A stretch of 34,757 bases of DNA from Candidatus Binatia bacterium (GTDB lineage: Bacteria > Desulfobacterota > Binatia > HRBIN30), in the NCBI GenBank assembly GCA_038245295.1, contig JBBRSP010000045.1, forward strand, positions 1 to 34,757, read 5' to 3'. The first letter of the stretch is position 1; every line of letters starts with the position of its first letter. The notes beneath the pieces are model-generated. The model did no database searches. It had not been told where the DNA came from and worked only from the letters and a program-made list of their open reading frames with translations. Positions 32,570 through 34,757 of this stretch are shown here, one piece after another. The position numbers were made by a program, and so were the translations under genes.

Positions 32570-32682
32570 CTTGTTGGACACCCACCCACAAGACTCGGCG
32601 ATTGTGTTGTGAGATCAATGCCTTGGATGAACGCACCGCTCAGCGACGGTAGCCGGGCGGAGGTGGGTGTCCTTCATGCCGC
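32570..32682 (+). repeat. ~115-bp dispersed hairpin repeat, copy C
   Basis: Perfect 11-bp inverted repeat GGACACCCACC (32576-32586) / GGTGGGTGTCC (32662-32672). Confidence 0.95.
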
Positions 32683-32916
32683 TCTCTTCGAGTCCGCGCA
32701 CCAGCTTTCTTCTAGCCCTATCAGGACAAGGGCAAATGGATAGTTCGCAAGACTGCGTTCATCGACTCGCTTGCGCTGCGGAAGCACCACGGAAGCAAGC
32801 GACGCAAGCAGCGACGATTTTCCCTCGGACGGTCATGTCGCCGAACGGCTTCCGTTCTGAGCCCGGCCAACAGAAAATGGTTTCCAATCGAGGGATCGAG
32901 CTGTAGACCGTTCCGA

Positions 32917-34148
32917 GTGGGTAGGAAACCACCTTCGATAGAACCGGCTTCGCGCGCAGTCAGCCCATGGGGCTGCCGACTGCTTGCTTGCGCGGTCTTG
33001 TTGCTCATCAATACCGGTCGAAGTCAGGCCGGGGGCAATATTTGGACAAGTAGCGGACCCGCGGCGGATATCCGCGCCCTTGCCCTTGACCCGATCACCC
33101 CGAGCCGGGTCTACGCAGGGACAGACGATTCCTTGGGCGGCGGCAGCATCTTCAGAAGTACCGACGGCGGCAGCACTTGGAGCGAGGTCGCTAATCTTGG
33201 GGCGTCAGTCTACGCCATCGTCATCGCTCCGACGACGCCAAGCGCGGTGTATGCCGGAACCATCGGCGAGGCGGGCATCTTCAACAGCGATGACGGCGGC
33301 ACAACCTGGCATCACACGAACAACGGACTCAATTGCTTCTTCGTCCAGACGCTCGCCTTCGATCCCCTTCGACCCGACATTCTCTATGCCGGGACTGATG
33401 GCGGCTGCGTCTTCAGAAGCACCGATCGGGGCAGTTCCTGGAACGACCTTGACGCCAGACTTCCCGGGTTTGTCGAGAGCATCGTGATTGATCCTCTTCT
33501 GCCCAGTACGATCTATGCGGGTACGCTTTACGGTGTCGTCAAAACTGTGGATTCAGGTGCTACGTGGGTTGCGGCAAGCAGAGGGCTTCCGACTGGGCGA
33601 GTCAACGGCTACGCGTTGGCAATTGATCCCCTCACGCCGAGTACTCTGTACGCAGGGACTGACATCTTTGGTGCCGGGAGGATCTTCAAGACAACCGATG
33701 CGGGGGCACTTGGGTTGCCGGTTCAGGAATTCCCGGAGTCGCGGTCCGCGCGCTGCTGATCGACCCGACCGACCCGGATGTCATCTACGCCGCGACCGGT
33801 GGTCTTGGGGTTTTCAAGAGCACCAACGGCGGCGTTTGGTGGGAACCGTGGAATAGCGGACTGACCAGCAGCCGGGTAGGCGCCTTAGCTCTCGACCCTG
33901 CCCGGCCCGGTATCCTTCACGCAGGAACATCGGGTGGGGTGTTTTCCATTCAGCAGGTATCGGCATGCTTTGGTGACTGCAATGTAAGCGATCACGTCAC
34001 CGTCAACGAAGTCCTCACGCTGGTGAACATCGCTCTCGGCACTGCGCAACAATCGGCGTGCGCAGGCGGGCTCAGCGGTGAAGTTGCGGTTGATGTCGCG
34101 TTGATTGTTCAGGCGGTCAACAATGCAATGCGGGGTTGCACTGATTGA
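32917..34148 (+). pseudogene. Secreted BNR/Asp-box (VPS10/sialidase-like) propeller with C-terminal dockerin-like module; single frameshift near 33702
   Basis: Repeated LALDP...YAGT..G.FRSTDGGSTW blades continue in another frame after GGGGG (TWVAGSG...VFKSTNGG...CFGDCNVSDHVTVNEVLTLVNIALG...VNNAMRGCTD*). Confidence 0.8.
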
Positions 34149-34549
34149 CGGCGTGGCAGAAGCAACCCGCGCAATCTCAACGCAGAATCGGTGCTGTCGA
34201 CGGTGTGTTGGCCGCCAGAAAAGGCGCGCCCGTCAAGCGCCGAGCCGTCTGCCAAATTGCTACTGCTTTGGACCAACCACAATTCGCACGGACCCGTCAG
34301 GCAATGCCGCGTCAAGCCCTGAGCCGAGCGGAAACAGCCCGCAAGCCATGAATGCCTCCAGCAATGCACAATGTTCGTAATCAGCAGGTCTGCGGTTCGA
34401 ATCCGACGGCTTAGGGCTCGTCTGCATTGGTCTGCTGAGATACTGTAGCGTCCGAGTTGATCTAAAAGGGGCGCGGTCCAAAGGGGGGACCAATGGCGCG
34501 ACACTACTCCATCAGAGACTTCTTTCGGCAGAAGACCCGAAAATGACAT
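34109..34549 (-). CDS. Hypothetical ORF starting just after the attC-like site (possible cassette gene, may be frameshifted)
   Basis: ATG 9 nt downstream of the attC R' box on the minus strand; no recognisable motif. Confidence 0.3.
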   Translation of the reverse strand: MSFSGLLPKEVSDGVVSRHWSPLWTAPLLDQLGRYSISADQCRRALSRRIRTADLLITNIVHCWRHSWLAGCFRSAQGLTRHCLTGPCELWLVQSSSNLADGSALDGRAFSGGQHTVDSTDSALRLRGLLLPRRQSVQPRIALLTA

Positions 34550-34558
34550 GGCTACGTC

Positions 34559-34668
34559 GCCGAACGCCGCGGCTCAGGCGCGGCGGCCTAGTCCCACCGC
34601 GCGCCATTCGAAGCGAGGGCGATCAAGGGAGCACGCTGCCCGCCGTCGCCTGCAGCCGTCTGTTCGGC
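34559..34668 (-). other. Integron attC-like recombination site (110 bp)
   Basis: Minus strand: GCCGAAC-AGAC-GGCTGCAGG-CGACGGCGG...CCGCCGCG-CCTGAGCC-GCGGC-GTTCGGC; complementary R boxes, unpaired spacers, extra base in L''. Confidence 0.75.
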
Positions 34669-34757
34669 CTTTGGACGTCTCATTGGATCAGCCGCCACCA
34701 TAGAGTTTGCACCACGAAGGACACGAAGACCACGACGCGGGCCTTGCTCGCAATCCA

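Noticed and set aside
23610..32682. Dispersed repeats as a CRISPR array
   Set aside because: Units are about 115 bp and kilobases apart, with no regular spacers and no cas genes.

Overview
GC-rich bacterial window with three parts. (1) 1-15047 is the canonical S10-spc-alpha ribosomal superoperon: the 3' end of tuf through rplQ, with secY-adk-map-rpmJ and no infA. (2) 15114-22819 is a housekeeping block: amidase, class III ADH/formaldehyde dehydrogenase, oligoribonuclease, a His-rich WD40 lipoprotein and HrpB helicase, with REP-like palindromes in the intergenic gaps. (3) ~22860-34757 is an accessory region. It holds nested palindromic repeats with a 217-bp MITE, a ParD/ParE toxin-antitoxin pair, a broken DUF1566 gene, an IS1182 remnant and several secreted or surface proteins. 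The most striking signal is a ~115-bp hairpin-forming element (GGACACCCAYC...GRTGGGTGTCC) present as three full copies and one half copy, all co-oriented, between these accessory genes. One copy supplies the 3' end of a gene. An integron attC-like site lies at 34559-34668. Gene order and the C-terminal 'CxGDCN...VNIALG' module suggest a Deltaproteobacteria/Binatota-like host (inference). All family assignments are from motif recognition, not database searches.
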